In this document: piece after piece, positions 10,382 to 18,633 of the stretch
How positions within the stretch are numbered: position 1 is the stretch's first letter
Layout: every line of letters starts with the position of its first letter
Origin: an uncultured Planctomycetia bacterium
Lineage (GTDB): Bacteria; Planctomycetota; MHYJ01; WSZJ01
NCBI GenBank assembly: GCA_964590435.1
Contig: CAZPWT010000045.1
Span: 31,027-95,026 of the forward strand
Direction of reading: 5' to 3'
Length of the DNA: 64,000 nucleotides
Notes under the pieces: model-generated
Databases searched by the model: none
Told to the model about the DNA's origin: nothing
The model's input: only the letters and a program-made list of their open reading frames with translations
Program-made: the position numbers and the translations under genes

Positions 10382-11785
10382 CTACAACTCCCCCGCCGTC
10401 TCCACCGCCTTCTTCAAAGCCGCGACTTTGTTCATGCACTCCTGATATTCCCCCTCCGGCGTGCTCCCCAGCGTGATCCCCGCCCCGGCCTGCAGGTGCG
10501 CCACGCCGCCCTGCACCACGATCGTCCTGATCGCGATGCACGTGTCCATCTGCCCGTTCGCGCCGAAATACCCCACCGCGCCCGCATACGGCCCCCGCCG
10601 CGACGCTTCCAGCGACTCGATGATCTGCATCGACCGGATCTTCGGCGCCCCAGTCACCGTCCCGGCGGGAAACGCCGCGGCGAACAGGTCGAACTGGTCC
10701 TTGTCCTTGCCCAGCGTCCCGCGGACCTCGGAAACGAGGTGCATCACGTGCGAATACCGCTCGACCGCGAACAGGTCCGTCGGCTTCACACTCCCGTACT
10801 CGCAGACCCTCCCGAGATCGTTCCTCGCCAGGTCCACCAGCATCACGTGCTCGCTCCGCTCCTTCTCGTCCACCAGCAGCTCCTGCTCCAGCTTCGCGTC
10901 CTCCGCTTCCGACCCGCCGCGAGGCCGCGTCCCCGCGATCGGCCGCACGATCGCCGTGCGCCCGTCGAGCTTCACCATCACTTCGGGACTCGACCCGACG
11001 AGCTGGAACCCGTCGAAGTCGAAATAGAACATGTACGGGCTCGGGTTCTGGATGCGCAGCGCCCGGTACACCTGGAACGGCGCCACCCCGATCCCCCCGC
11101 TCCACCGCTGCGACAGCACCACCTGGTACGCATTCCCCGCCCGGATGTGCTCCTTCGCCGCCTCCACCGACGCCATGTACTTCTCCCGCGTCGTGTCGCT
11201 CTCCAGCGGCGAGAGCGTTTTTTCCGCATGGGGAAGCGCCGGCAGCGCGGCCCGCAGCCGCTCCGCAACCGCGTCCAGCCGCTTCTGCCCTGCCGCCGCG
11301 TCCTCCGCCAGCGCGACGAGCGTCATCCGGCGCCGGATGTGGTCGAACATCACGAGCGCGTCGGTCAGGAAGAACACGCCGTCGGGAAGCCCGAGCCTGT
11401 CAGGCAGCGTCGCCGGGATCTTCTCGAGGTTGCGGACGAAATCGTAGCCGAGGTAGCCCACGAGCCCGCCGAGCAGCGACGGCGCGCCGGCGTCGGCGGG
11501 GATCTCCTGCGCCCGCAGCACTTCGCGCAGCGCCGCCAGCGGCCCGCCTGCGCCGAACGCGACGGAGCGCTTCTGCCCCCCCGCCTCGATCTCCAGCGCC
11601 TTCGCGCCGACGGTGACGCGGGCGGCGGTGCCGACGCCGATGAACGAGAACCGGCCGAGTTTTTCCGCGCCCTCGACGGACTCGAGGAGGAAGCGCGCGC
11701 CGGCCGGGCGCAGTTTGAGGAAGGCGCTGACGGGCGTCTCGAGGTCGGCGGGGATATCGCGGGTGACGACGGTTTTTCGGCTCAT
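10382..11785 (-). CDS. trpE: Anthranilate synthase component I (start reassigned to ATG 11785, SD GGAGA)
   Basis: DLETPVSAF, LLES, RFSFIG, QNPSPYM, GSSPE, RPIAGT, EHVMLVDLARND, FPAGTVTGAPK motifs; the upstream part of the tracked ORF is the attenuator. Confidence 0.96.
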   Translation of the reverse strand: MSRKTVVTRDIPADLETPVSAFLKLRPAGARFLLESVEGAEKLGRFSFIGVGTAARVTVGAKALEIEAGGQKRSVAFGAGGPLAALREVLRAQEIPADAGAPSLLGGLVGYLGYDFVRNLEKIPATLPDRLGLPDGVFFLTDALVMFDHIRRRMTLVALAEDAAAGQKRLDAVAERLRAALPALPHAEKTLSPLESDTTREKYMASVEAAKEHIRAGNAYQVVLSQRWSGGIGVAPFQVYRALRIQNPSPYMFYFDFDGFQLVGSSPEVMVKLDGRTAIVRPIAGTRPRGGSEAEDAKLEQELLVDEKERSEHVMLVDLARNDLGRVCEYGSVKPTDLFAVERYSHVMHLVSEVRGTLGKDKDQFDLFAAAFPAGTVTGAPKIRSMQIIESLEASRRGPYAGAVGYFGANGQMDTCIAIRTIVVQGGVAHLQAGAGITLGSTPEGEYQECMNKVAALKKAVETAGEL

Positions 11786-11802
11786 GGCGGTCTCCGTGGA
11801 CG

Positions 11803-11835
11803 AAAAAAAAAGCCCTGTCCATTTCGGGACAGGGC
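11803..11835 (-). terminator. Attenuator (intrinsic) terminator upstream of trpE
   Basis: GCCCUGUCC-CGAAAU-GGACAGGGC followed by U9, 17 nt before the trpE ATG. Confidence 0.9.
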
Positions 11836-11858
11836 TCGTTGCGGTGTGCTTGGAAGGG

Positions 11859-11945
11859 CTAGCCAGGCAGGCCCGCAAAGGCCTCCGTCCCGTACGGATA
11901 CGGGCGCCAGCTCCAGCTCGGGGTGACGGGGGCGATGCGGTTCAT
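11859..11945 (-). CDS. trpL: Attenuator leader peptide, 28 aa MNRIAPVTPSWSWRPYPYGTEAFAGLPG
   Basis: Short ORF between promoter and terminator with Trp codons at 11913-15 and 11907-09; overlapping segments can pair alternately with the terminator 5' arm. Confidence 0.8.
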   Translation of the reverse strand: MNRIAPVTPSWSWRPYPYGTEAFAGLPG

Positions 11946-11954
11946 GGGGGGCGG

Positions 11955-11983
11955 ACGATAGAGGGGAGGTTGGGGGAAGTCAA
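11955..11983 (-). promoter_or_regulatory. Sigma70-type promoter of the trp operon
   Basis: TTGACT-17 nt-TATCGT; -10 box ends 9 nt before the leader ATG. Confidence 0.75.
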
Positions 11984-12157
11984 CAGGAAAATTCGGAAGG
12001 GAGGTTCGAGGGTGCGGGGGCGGTGGGGAGGCAGGGAATCCTGGCGCGCGCGGGGAATTCAACAGCAGAGACAAAAATTGCGATTCCGTAAATGCTTGTC
12101 ATTAAATGGTTTAGGAACGCCTGTCGGGGTTTCCAACAGAAAATAAACGACGGATGT

Positions 12158-12186
12158 TTGACTTTCCTACATTTGTATTTTATAAA
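12158..12186 (+). promoter_or_regulatory. Sigma70-type promoter of the L,D-transpeptidase gene
   Basis: TTGACT-17 nt-TATAAA in an AT-rich divergent region; SD GGAGAGG near 12229. Confidence 0.8.
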
Positions 12187-12239
12187 GTATAAAGTCTGAG
12201 GGGACACTGCAACCACGCACGGACCATCGGAGAGGACCC

Positions 12240-13457
12240 ATGCTCAAAGCCGTCGCCTGCGCGGTCGTCATCACGACCGTCACCGTCATCGCTTACTTCC
12301 GCGGCTGGCTCCCCGTTCATTCCCGCGGCGCCGCCCCGGCTGACCGCACTTCCTTCGCCCCCGCCCCCCCGGGAACCGGCGTCCCCGCGAACGTCCCCGG
12401 GACGCCCCCCTCGACCGGCAACCCCCCGCCCGTGAAACAGGACCCCAAGGGCGGACTCGCGCTCTTCCAGCTCGGTGACTACGAGGCGGCCATCCCCGAA
12501 CTCGCCAAGGACCTCGAGAAGAACAAGGTTTCCTCTTCCCTGCACGCCGCCCTCGCGACCTCCTACGAGAAGACCGGCCGCACCGCGGAAGCGCTGGCGC
12601 AGTGGGCGAAGCTGGCCGAGCTGTGCCCGAAGGCGCCGGAACGGGCGAGCGCGCTGGCCCGGGTCTACATGGGCGCGGAAGGCGGCGCGCGGGTCGACGC
12701 CGGGATGAAGCTCCTGCGCGAACACGCGGAGTCGGCCGAGGCGGGCTCGACCGTCCTCGGGATCGCGGACGCGGCGGACAAGAACGGCCGCCCGCTGGAC
12801 GCCTGGGAAGCATGCTCGCTCGCCATCAACCTCGGCATCGGCAACGAGCAGGCGCTCGTGACGCGGTGCACCGCCTACGCCGACCTGCTCGCCTTCGGCG
12901 CCAAGGACGTCCCCGAGCTCGGCACGGTCTACGTCGTCAAGTCCGGCGACCTCGTCGTGACGATCGCCAAGAAGCACAAGGTCGACTCGGGCGTGATCGG
13001 CCGCGTCAACAAGCTCCAGAACGGCATGATCCGCGCCGGCCAGCGCCTCAAGGTCCTGACCGCCAAGCCCTCCATCGAGGTCTCGATCAAGAAGACCTGG
13101 CTCCGCCTCTGGTACAACGGCAAGTTCCTCGCCCGCCAATTCCCCGTCTGCACCGGGAACCTCGACGAGAGCCCGACGCCCATCGGCGAGTTCTCCGTTT
13201 CCACCCGCCTCGTCAATCCCGAGTGGACCCGCGCCGGCCAGCAGGCCGTCTCCGCCGACGACCCCAACAACCCGCTCGGCACCCGCTGGCTGGGCTTCGC
13301 CGAGCCCGGCTACACCAGCTACGGGATCCACGGCACCCGCAAGCCCGAGACCATCGGCCAGCACGCTTCCAACGGCTGCGTCCGCATGCGCAACGAGAAC
13401 GTCGAGGAACTGTTCGACCTCGTCCCGTCCGGGACCAAGATCCAGATCCACGAATAG
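12240..13457 (+). CDS. L,D-transpeptidase family protein (N-terminal anchor, TPR-like helices, LysM, YkuD domain)
   Basis: YVVKSGD..V.IAKK LysM; PTPIGEF, NPLGTRW, YGIHGT and SNGCVRM (His/Cys catalytic motifs). Confidence 0.92.
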   Translation: MLKAVACAVVITTVTVIAYFRGWLPVHSRGAAPADRTSFAPAPPGTGVPANVPGTPPSTGNPPPVKQDPKGGLALFQLGDYEAAIPELAKDLEKNKVSSSLHAALATSYEKTGRTAEALAQWAKLAELCPKAPERASALARVYMGAEGGARVDAGMKLLREHAESAEAGSTVLGIADAADKNGRPLDAWEACSLAINLGIGNEQALVTRCTAYADLLAFGAKDVPELGTVYVVKSGDLVVTIAKKHKVDSGVIGRVNKLQNGMIRAGQRLKVLTAKPSIEVSIKKTWLRLWYNGKFLARQFPVCTGNLDESPTPIGEFSVSTRLVNPEWTRAGQQAVSADDPNNPLGTRWLGFAEPGYTSYGIHGTRKPETIGQHASNGCVRMRNENVEELFDLVPSGTKIQIHE

Positions 13458-13479
13458 CAGGGCTGACCGCTCGCGACAC

Positions 13480-13511
13480 GGCCGGGGATCACCTCCCCGG
13501 CCTTTTTTTTT
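13480..13511 (+). terminator. Intrinsic terminator
   Basis: GGCCGGGGA-TCACC-TCCCCGGCC followed by a T-tract. Confidence 0.85.
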
Positions 13512-13520
13512 CGAAGCGCC

Positions 13521-14921
13521 TCAGGCGCGAAGCAGGTCCGCGACCGCCGCTTCCATCGCCGCGCGCCCTTCCCCGCCGAACCACACCTCCCACTGCCGGC
13601 GGGCCTGCGCGGCGAACATGCCGATGCCGGAAATGGCGCGGCAACCGCGAGCGGCGGCGTCGCGGAGGAGGCGGGTCTGGCGCGGGGTGTAGACGCAGTC
13701 GTAGACGGCGCAGCCGGCGGGAAGGTCGGCGGCGGCGAAGGGCGTCGCGTCGGCGTCGGGCTCCATGCCGACGGAGGTCGTGTTGACGAGCAGGTCGAAG
13801 GAGATGCCGCGCGCGCCGGACCAGGGGACGGGGGTGGCGTCGAACTCGCGGGCGAGCTCCGCGGTTTTCACGGCGTTGCGGCCGGCGAGGAAGACGACGT
13901 TGGGGCCGGCCAGCGCCGCGAGGATCGCCCGGGCCGCGCCGCCGGCGCCGAGCACCACGGCGCGCAGGTTCCGGGCGGGGCGCCCGAGCCCCGCCTCGAG
14001 CGACTCCAGGAACCCCGCCGCGTCCGTGTTGGTCGCCTGCCAGGCCCCGTCCCGGCGCGTGAGCGTGTTGGCCGCCCCGGCGCGCTTCGCCACGGCGTCG
14101 GCCCGGGCCCCGCGGCACGCCTCCACCTTGTGCGGGATCGTCACGCTCGCCCCCTCGACGCCGAGGACGTCGAGAGACGCGAAGAGGTCTCCCTCGCGGA
14201 CGAGGGCCGGGACGTAGACGGCGTCGATCCCGGCGACCGCGAACGCGCGGTTGAACAGCCCGGGCGACTTTGAGTGCTTCACGGGATCGCCGGCGACGCA
14301 GAAGGCGCGGGTTGAGGGGCCGATCCGCTCGTAGCGGAACGTGTCCGCGAGCTCGGCCTCTCCCCACTGCCCCGGCGCGGTCGGATCGCCGCCGGCGGGG
14401 ACGGCGTAGGTCCACGGCGCGCCGAGGCGGGCGCCGAGGATGCGGGCGGCGGCGCCGAGTTCCCCCATCGCAATGACCACGCCGCGCGGGCCCAGCTCCC
14501 GCTGCAGGTCGACCAGCCCGCGCAACTCCGCCGCGGTCCGAGGCGTCGCGGCGATCTTCACGACGTCCGCCTTCTCGCCGAGCATCCGCTGCGCCAGCCC
14601 GCGCAGGTCCGCCGGCACCCCCTCGAAGTCGTGCCGCGACAGGATCAGCTTCACGCCCGCAGGCCGCGCCGGCCTCCAACCGCTCCGCGCCTCGACGTCC
14701 ACCGCCCACGCCCCCGACGCCGCCGCGCGCTCCAGCATCCCGCGCCGCTCTTCCTCGCTCCCCGCGAACGCCCCGCCCTCCCAGGTCGCCCGGCACGTCG
14801 CGATCGCTTCGCACCCCGCCGGGACCGCTCGCCACGCCGATCCGCGGTCCAGCCGCACCTCCACCAGCCGCCGCCCGCCGATCGCGGCTCCCCCCGACAG
14901 CGAGACGCACACCCGGCTCAC
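13521..14921 (-). CDS. aroDE: Bifunctional type I 3-dehydroquinate dehydratase / shikimate dehydrogenase (start GTG 14921 overlapping dedA stop)
   Basis: VEVRLD, VDVE, SRHDF, VVKIA, IAMGELG (AroD); HSKSPGLFN, SVTIPHK, GAANT, NTDAAG, LGAGGAAR, DCVYTP (AroE). Confidence 0.9.
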   Translation of the reverse strand: MSRVCVSLSGGAAIGGRRLVEVRLDRGSAWRAVPAGCEAIATCRATWEGGAFAGSEEERRGMLERAAASGAWAVDVEARSGWRPARPAGVKLILSRHDFEGVPADLRGLAQRMLGEKADVVKIAATPRTAAELRGLVDLQRELGPRGVVIAMGELGAAARILGARLGAPWTYAVPAGGDPTAPGQWGEAELADTFRYERIGPSTRAFCVAGDPVKHSKSPGLFNRAFAVAGIDAVYVPALVREGDLFASLDVLGVEGASVTIPHKVEACRGARADAVAKRAGAANTLTRRDGAWQATNTDAAGFLESLEAGLGRPARNLRAVVLGAGGAARAILAALAGPNVVFLAGRNAVKTAELAREFDATPVPWSGARGISFDLLVNTTSVGMEPDADATPFAAADLPAGCAVYDCVYTPRQTRLLRDAAARGCRAISGIGMFAAQARRQWEVWFGGEGRAAMEAAVADLLRA

Positions 14922-15583
14922 GGCTGCGCCCCCGCCTTCGCCGCCTCCTCCGCCGCCAGCCGCTTCGCCTCCATCCGCTCCTGGTGCGCCTTCCACCAGT
15001 GCCACGCGATCGTCACCAGCACGATCACGGCGATCCCGCCGAAGATCCAGTGGTTCGCGTTCTTCACCTTCGCCATCGCCTCGTCGAAGTTCTTCCCGAA
15101 GTGATACGCGATGTAGATCGAGGTCGGGCCGCTGATGAGCGTCCCCGCGAGGTCGAGCAGCACGAACCTGAGCGGGTTCATCTTCATGGTGCCCGCCGTG
15201 AAGTACACCGGCATGCGGATGCCGGCGAAGAACCGGGCGAAGAAGACGGTCTTGTTGCCGTGCTTGTCGAAGAAGTGCTGGACCTTGGCGAGGCGGGGGG
15301 CGGGAAAGAGCCACTTGCCGAACCGGGTGGCGAGGAGGGAGGAGCCCCATCGGCGAGCGATGCAGAACATGGTGAGGTCGCCGCCGATAATGGCGGCGAC
15401 GCAAAGGAGCATGATGAGCCAGAGGTTGACCTTCCCCTTGTAGGCGGCGTAGCCGGCGAGGAGGAGGGTGATTTCCTCGGGGATGGGGACGCCGAGGCCG
15501 CAGGCATAGAGGACGCCGACGATGACGACGTAGGCGTGGCTGTCGATCTGCGTGCGCAGGGCGAAGGTAATCTGGTCGATCAT
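14918..15583 (-). CDS. DedA family membrane protein
   Basis: GLGVPIPEE..LLLAG, GD...F, FFARFFAGIR motifs. Confidence 0.92.
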   Translation of the reverse strand: MIDQITFALRTQIDSHAYVVIVGVLYACGLGVPIPEEITLLLAGYAAYKGKVNLWLIMLLCVAAIIGGDLTMFCIARRWGSSLLATRFGKWLFPAPRLAKVQHFFDKHGNKTVFFARFFAGIRMPVYFTAGTMKMNPLRFVLLDLAGTLISGPTSIYIAYHFGKNFDEAMAKVKNANHWIFGGIAVIVLVTIAWHWWKAHQERMEAKRLAAEEAAKAGAQP

Positions 15584-15648
15584 GGAGGGGCGCGAGTCTA
15601 TCACGCGGGCCGATGGACGTCCCCCGCGGTCGCCGCTACAGTCGCGGC

Positions 15649-16491
15649 ATGGGACGCAGCGTGGCGATCGTCGGCGCGGGGCGGGTGGGAACGGCGCTGG
15701 GGATGGCGCTGAAGCGCGCCGGGTGGCGCGTGGCGGCGGTCGGCGGGCGGGGGACGGCGGCGACGCGGCGGGCGGCGCGGCAGCTCGGGGCGCCGGCGGT
15801 GAGCGCGCGCGAAGCGGCAGGGCTGGCGGACCTGGTGATCGTGGCGGCGCCGGACGATGCGGTCGCCGCGGTGGCGCGCGACATCGCGCCGGCGGTGAAG
15901 CGCGGGACGATCGTCGTCCACACGGCCGGGGCGCTGTCGTCCGACGCGCTCGCCGCGGTCCGGCGGCGCGGCGCGCGCGCCGCGTCGATGCACCCGCTCA
16001 TGACGTTCCCGACTGCGGCGAAAGGGCTGGCCGGGATCCGGGGCGCGCACTTCTTCTTCGAGGGGGATCGCGGGACGGCGCCCGTGCTGCGTGCGCTCGT
16101 CCGCTCGATCGGCGGAGTGCCGGTTGCGGTCTCGAAGCGCGGGAAGGCGCTCTACCACGCCGGCGCGGTGCTGGCGTGCAACGACCTGGTCGCGCTTCTC
16201 GCCGAGGCGTTCGGGCTGTTCGGGTCGGCGGGGATCGCCGAGGCGCCGGCGCGTGCGGCGCTGGGCCCGCTGATCCGCCGCACGGTCGAGAACGTCCTCG
16301 CGCTGGGCCCCGCGCGGGCGCTGACCGGCCCGGTCGCGCGGGGCGATGCCGGCACGATCGCGCGCCACCTCGCGGCGCTCCGCGGCCCGGCGCGCGAGTC
16401 GTACCGCGTCCTCGGCCTCGTGACGCTGCGCCTGGCGCGGCTCCCCGCGCCCAAACGCCGGGCGATCGCAGGCCTCCTTTCCGCCCGCTGA
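15649..16491 (+). CDS. Rossmann-like and DUF2520 domain oxidoreductase (PanG-like)
   Basis: IVGAGRVG, VHTAGA, SMHPLMTF, YHAGAVLACN, ALTGPVARGD..TIARHL motifs. Confidence 0.88.
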   Translation: MGRSVAIVGAGRVGTALGMALKRAGWRVAAVGGRGTAATRRAARQLGAPAVSAREAAGLADLVIVAAPDDAVAAVARDIAPAVKRGTIVVHTAGALSSDALAAVRRRGARAASMHPLMTFPTAAKGLAGIRGAHFFFEGDRGTAPVLRALVRSIGGVPVAVSKRGKALYHAGAVLACNDLVALLAEAFGLFGSAGIAEAPARAALGPLIRRTVENVLALGPARALTGPVARGDAGTIARHLAALRGPARESYRVLGLVTLRLARLPAPKRRAIAGLLSAR

Positions 16492-16537
16492 ACCGCGCGG
16501 AACTGTCAATTCCCCGCGCGAAGACTAGAATGAACCC

Positions 16538-17107
16538 GTGGGAAACATCATCCTCGTCGGCTTCCGCTGCACCGGCAAGACCACCGTCGGGCGCTACCTC
16601 GGGACGCGCCTCAAGATGGAATTCGTCGATTCCGACGAGCTGATCGAGCTCCGCGCGCGCCGGAACATCCGGGAAATTTTCGAGGTGAAGGGCGAGACGT
16701 GGTTCCGGGGGCAGGAGGCGGACGTCCTGACGGAGCTGGGGCGGCGCGACGGCCTGGTGATCGCGACGGGCGGTGGCGCGGTGCTTCGGCACAAGACGAT
16801 CCGGGAGCTGAAGCGCAACGGGAAGGTCGTGCTGCTTGAAGCGGACCCGGAGACGCTTCACAGGCGCATCAAGGAGGACCCGCGGACGAGCACGACGCGG
16901 CCGGCCTTGACGTCGATGAGCCTGCAGGACGAGATCGTGTCGCAGATGGAGCTGAGGAGGCCGTACTACGAGCAGGCGGCGGACATCCGGGTCTCGAGCG
17001 TGAGCCGGCCGATCGACGACATCGCGGAGGAGATCCTGACGCGGCTGGGGATCAAGGCGACGCTGGGAGCGCCGCCGCCGCGTCCGCATCCCGAGAACGA
17101 ACCGTAG
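16538..17107 (+). CDS. aroK: Shikimate kinase
   Basis: GFRCTGKTTVG Walker A, DSD..IE, IFE..GE..FR, ATGGGAV, RP.L motifs. Confidence 0.95.
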   Translation: MGNIILVGFRCTGKTTVGRYLGTRLKMEFVDSDELIELRARRNIREIFEVKGETWFRGQEADVLTELGRRDGLVIATGGGAVLRHKTIRELKRNGKVVLLEADPETLHRRIKEDPRTSTTRPALTSMSLQDEIVSQMELRRPYYEQAADIRVSSVSRPIDDIAEEILTRLGIKATLGAPPPRPHPENEP

Positions 17108-17154
17108 GCGGCGCCGGACGTGGCGTGAATCCGCCGTTCTCCCTCCCATTCCGT

Positions 17155-17202
17155 ATTTTCTATTTCATATTACATATTTCATATTACATATTTCATATTC
17201 AT
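17155..17202. repeat. AT-rich heptamer array (alternating ATTTCAT/ATTACAT)
   Basis: ATTTTCT ATTTCAT ATTACAT ATTTCAT ATTACAT ATTTCAT ATTCAT. Confidence 0.85.
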
Positions 17203-17250
17203 CTTTTCCCCAATCCGCGCCCCCCGACCCGCCTACAATACGCCCGTCGC

Positions 17251-18633
17251 GTGCGTCCCCCCCGCGCTGCAAACTCCCGCCCTTCCCGCCGGCTCCCCGT
17301 GTCGGCGTGCCGCGGGCCCGAGGACGCGCTGGTGGCGGCTTGGTACGGGCTGCGCTTTGCGCGGGAGGCGCTGCGGACCGTGGAGGGCGAGGAGGTGCGC
17401 ATCGGGTCCCCCGGGGTGCGCGAGGCGGGGGCGGGACCGGACTTCCGCGGGGCGCGGCTGTGGATCGGCGGACGCGAGGTGCGGGGCGCGGTGGAGTTGC
17501 ACTGCGACACGGCGGAGTGGGGGCGGCATGGGCACGACGGCGACCCGTGCTATGACGGCGTCGTGCTTCATGTCTCGCTCGTCTCTTCGTGCGAGGTGGT
17601 GACGTCCTCCGGCCGGCGGGTGCCGCGGCTCGTCGTCGCGCCGACCGGCGGGGAGCCCGCGGCGCGCCGTCGCGTCACCGTCGTCGCCGCGGAGGCGGGG
17701 ATCGGGCCGTGCCACGCGTCGCCGCCCGCCCGGACCGTGCGCGAGCTCGAACGCCTCGGCCGCGAACGCCTCGAGCGCCGCGCCGCGCGGTTCGCGGCGT
17801 GGGCCCGCGAGGACGGCGAGGAGGAGGCCGTCTGGCGCGCCCTCGCCGAGGCGATGGGCTACGGCGCCAACTACGAGGCGTTCCGCACGCTCGCCCTCCA
17901 CGTCCCGTGGCGGTCCTTCGCCGATGCCGCCCCGGGCCCCGACCGCGCCGCCGCCATCGAGGCCGCGCTCCTCCATGCCTCCGGCCTGTGGCCCGCGGCG
18001 GCCCACGATGCCCCCTCGCGCGCCCGCCTCCTCTCCCTCTTCGCCACGCTCCCCGCAGCGTCCCCGGAGCCGTTCCTCCCCTCCGCCTGGCGCGCCGCCG
18101 TCCGCCCGCCGGACCACCCGCCGCGGCGGTTCGCGGCGCTCGCGGCCCTCGGCGCCGGCGCCCCCTCGCTCTCCGCACTCCTCGACCGCTGGACCCTCGA
18201 CCCTGAACGCGCCTCGGCTTCCCTCCTGGTCCCGCCCCTCCCCTACTGGGACCTCCGCCCCGCCTGGGGACCGCCCGCATTCCGCCGGCCGATCGCCCTC
18301 CTCGGCCCCGGCCGCGCCCGCGTCGCCGCCGCCTCCGCTGTCCTCCCCCTCCTCCTCGCCCTCCGACCCGCCGCACGCGACGCCGCCCTCCGCGCCTTCG
18401 CCGCCCTCGGCCCCCTCCCCGAGGACCACGTCACCCGCTTCGTCCGCTTCCGCGTCTTCGGCGCCCCCCGCGGCCGCCGCCTCGGCGCCGCCGCCCAGCA
18501 GGGGCTCCATCACCTCTACCGCGCCGGCTGCGCCCTCGGTAAACCCGGCTGCCCCCGGTGCCCGCTCAACCCGGACGCCGCCGAGATATCGCGCCCCTTT
18601 CCGGACTCCCCCGCTACAATTCCCGGCCTATGA
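17251..18633 (+). CDS. DUF2851 family protein (start uncertain: GTG 17251 or 17299)
   Basis: GPDFRGA, G.VELH...EW..HGHD.DP.YD.VVLHV, AMGYGAN..AF, QQGLHHLY, terminal CxxxxxCxxC. Confidence 0.85.
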   Translation: MRPPRAANSRPSRRLPVSACRGPEDALVAAWYGLRFAREALRTVEGEEVRIGSPGVREAGAGPDFRGARLWIGGREVRGAVELHCDTAEWGRHGHDGDPCYDGVVLHVSLVSSCEVVTSSGRRVPRLVVAPTGGEPAARRRVTVVAAEAGIGPCHASPPARTVRELERLGRERLERRAARFAAWAREDGEEEAVWRALAEAMGYGANYEAFRTLALHVPWRSFADAAPGPDRAAAIEAALLHASGLWPAAAHDAPSRARLLSLFATLPAASPEPFLPSAWRAAVRPPDHPPRRFAALAALGAGAPSLSALLDRWTLDPERASASLLVPPLPYWDLRPAWGPPAFRRPIALLGPGRARVAAASAVLPLLLALRPAARDAALRAFAALGPLPEDHVTRFVRFRVFGAPRGRRLGAAAQQGLHHLYRAGCALGKPGCPRCPLNPDAAEISRPFPDSPATIPGL

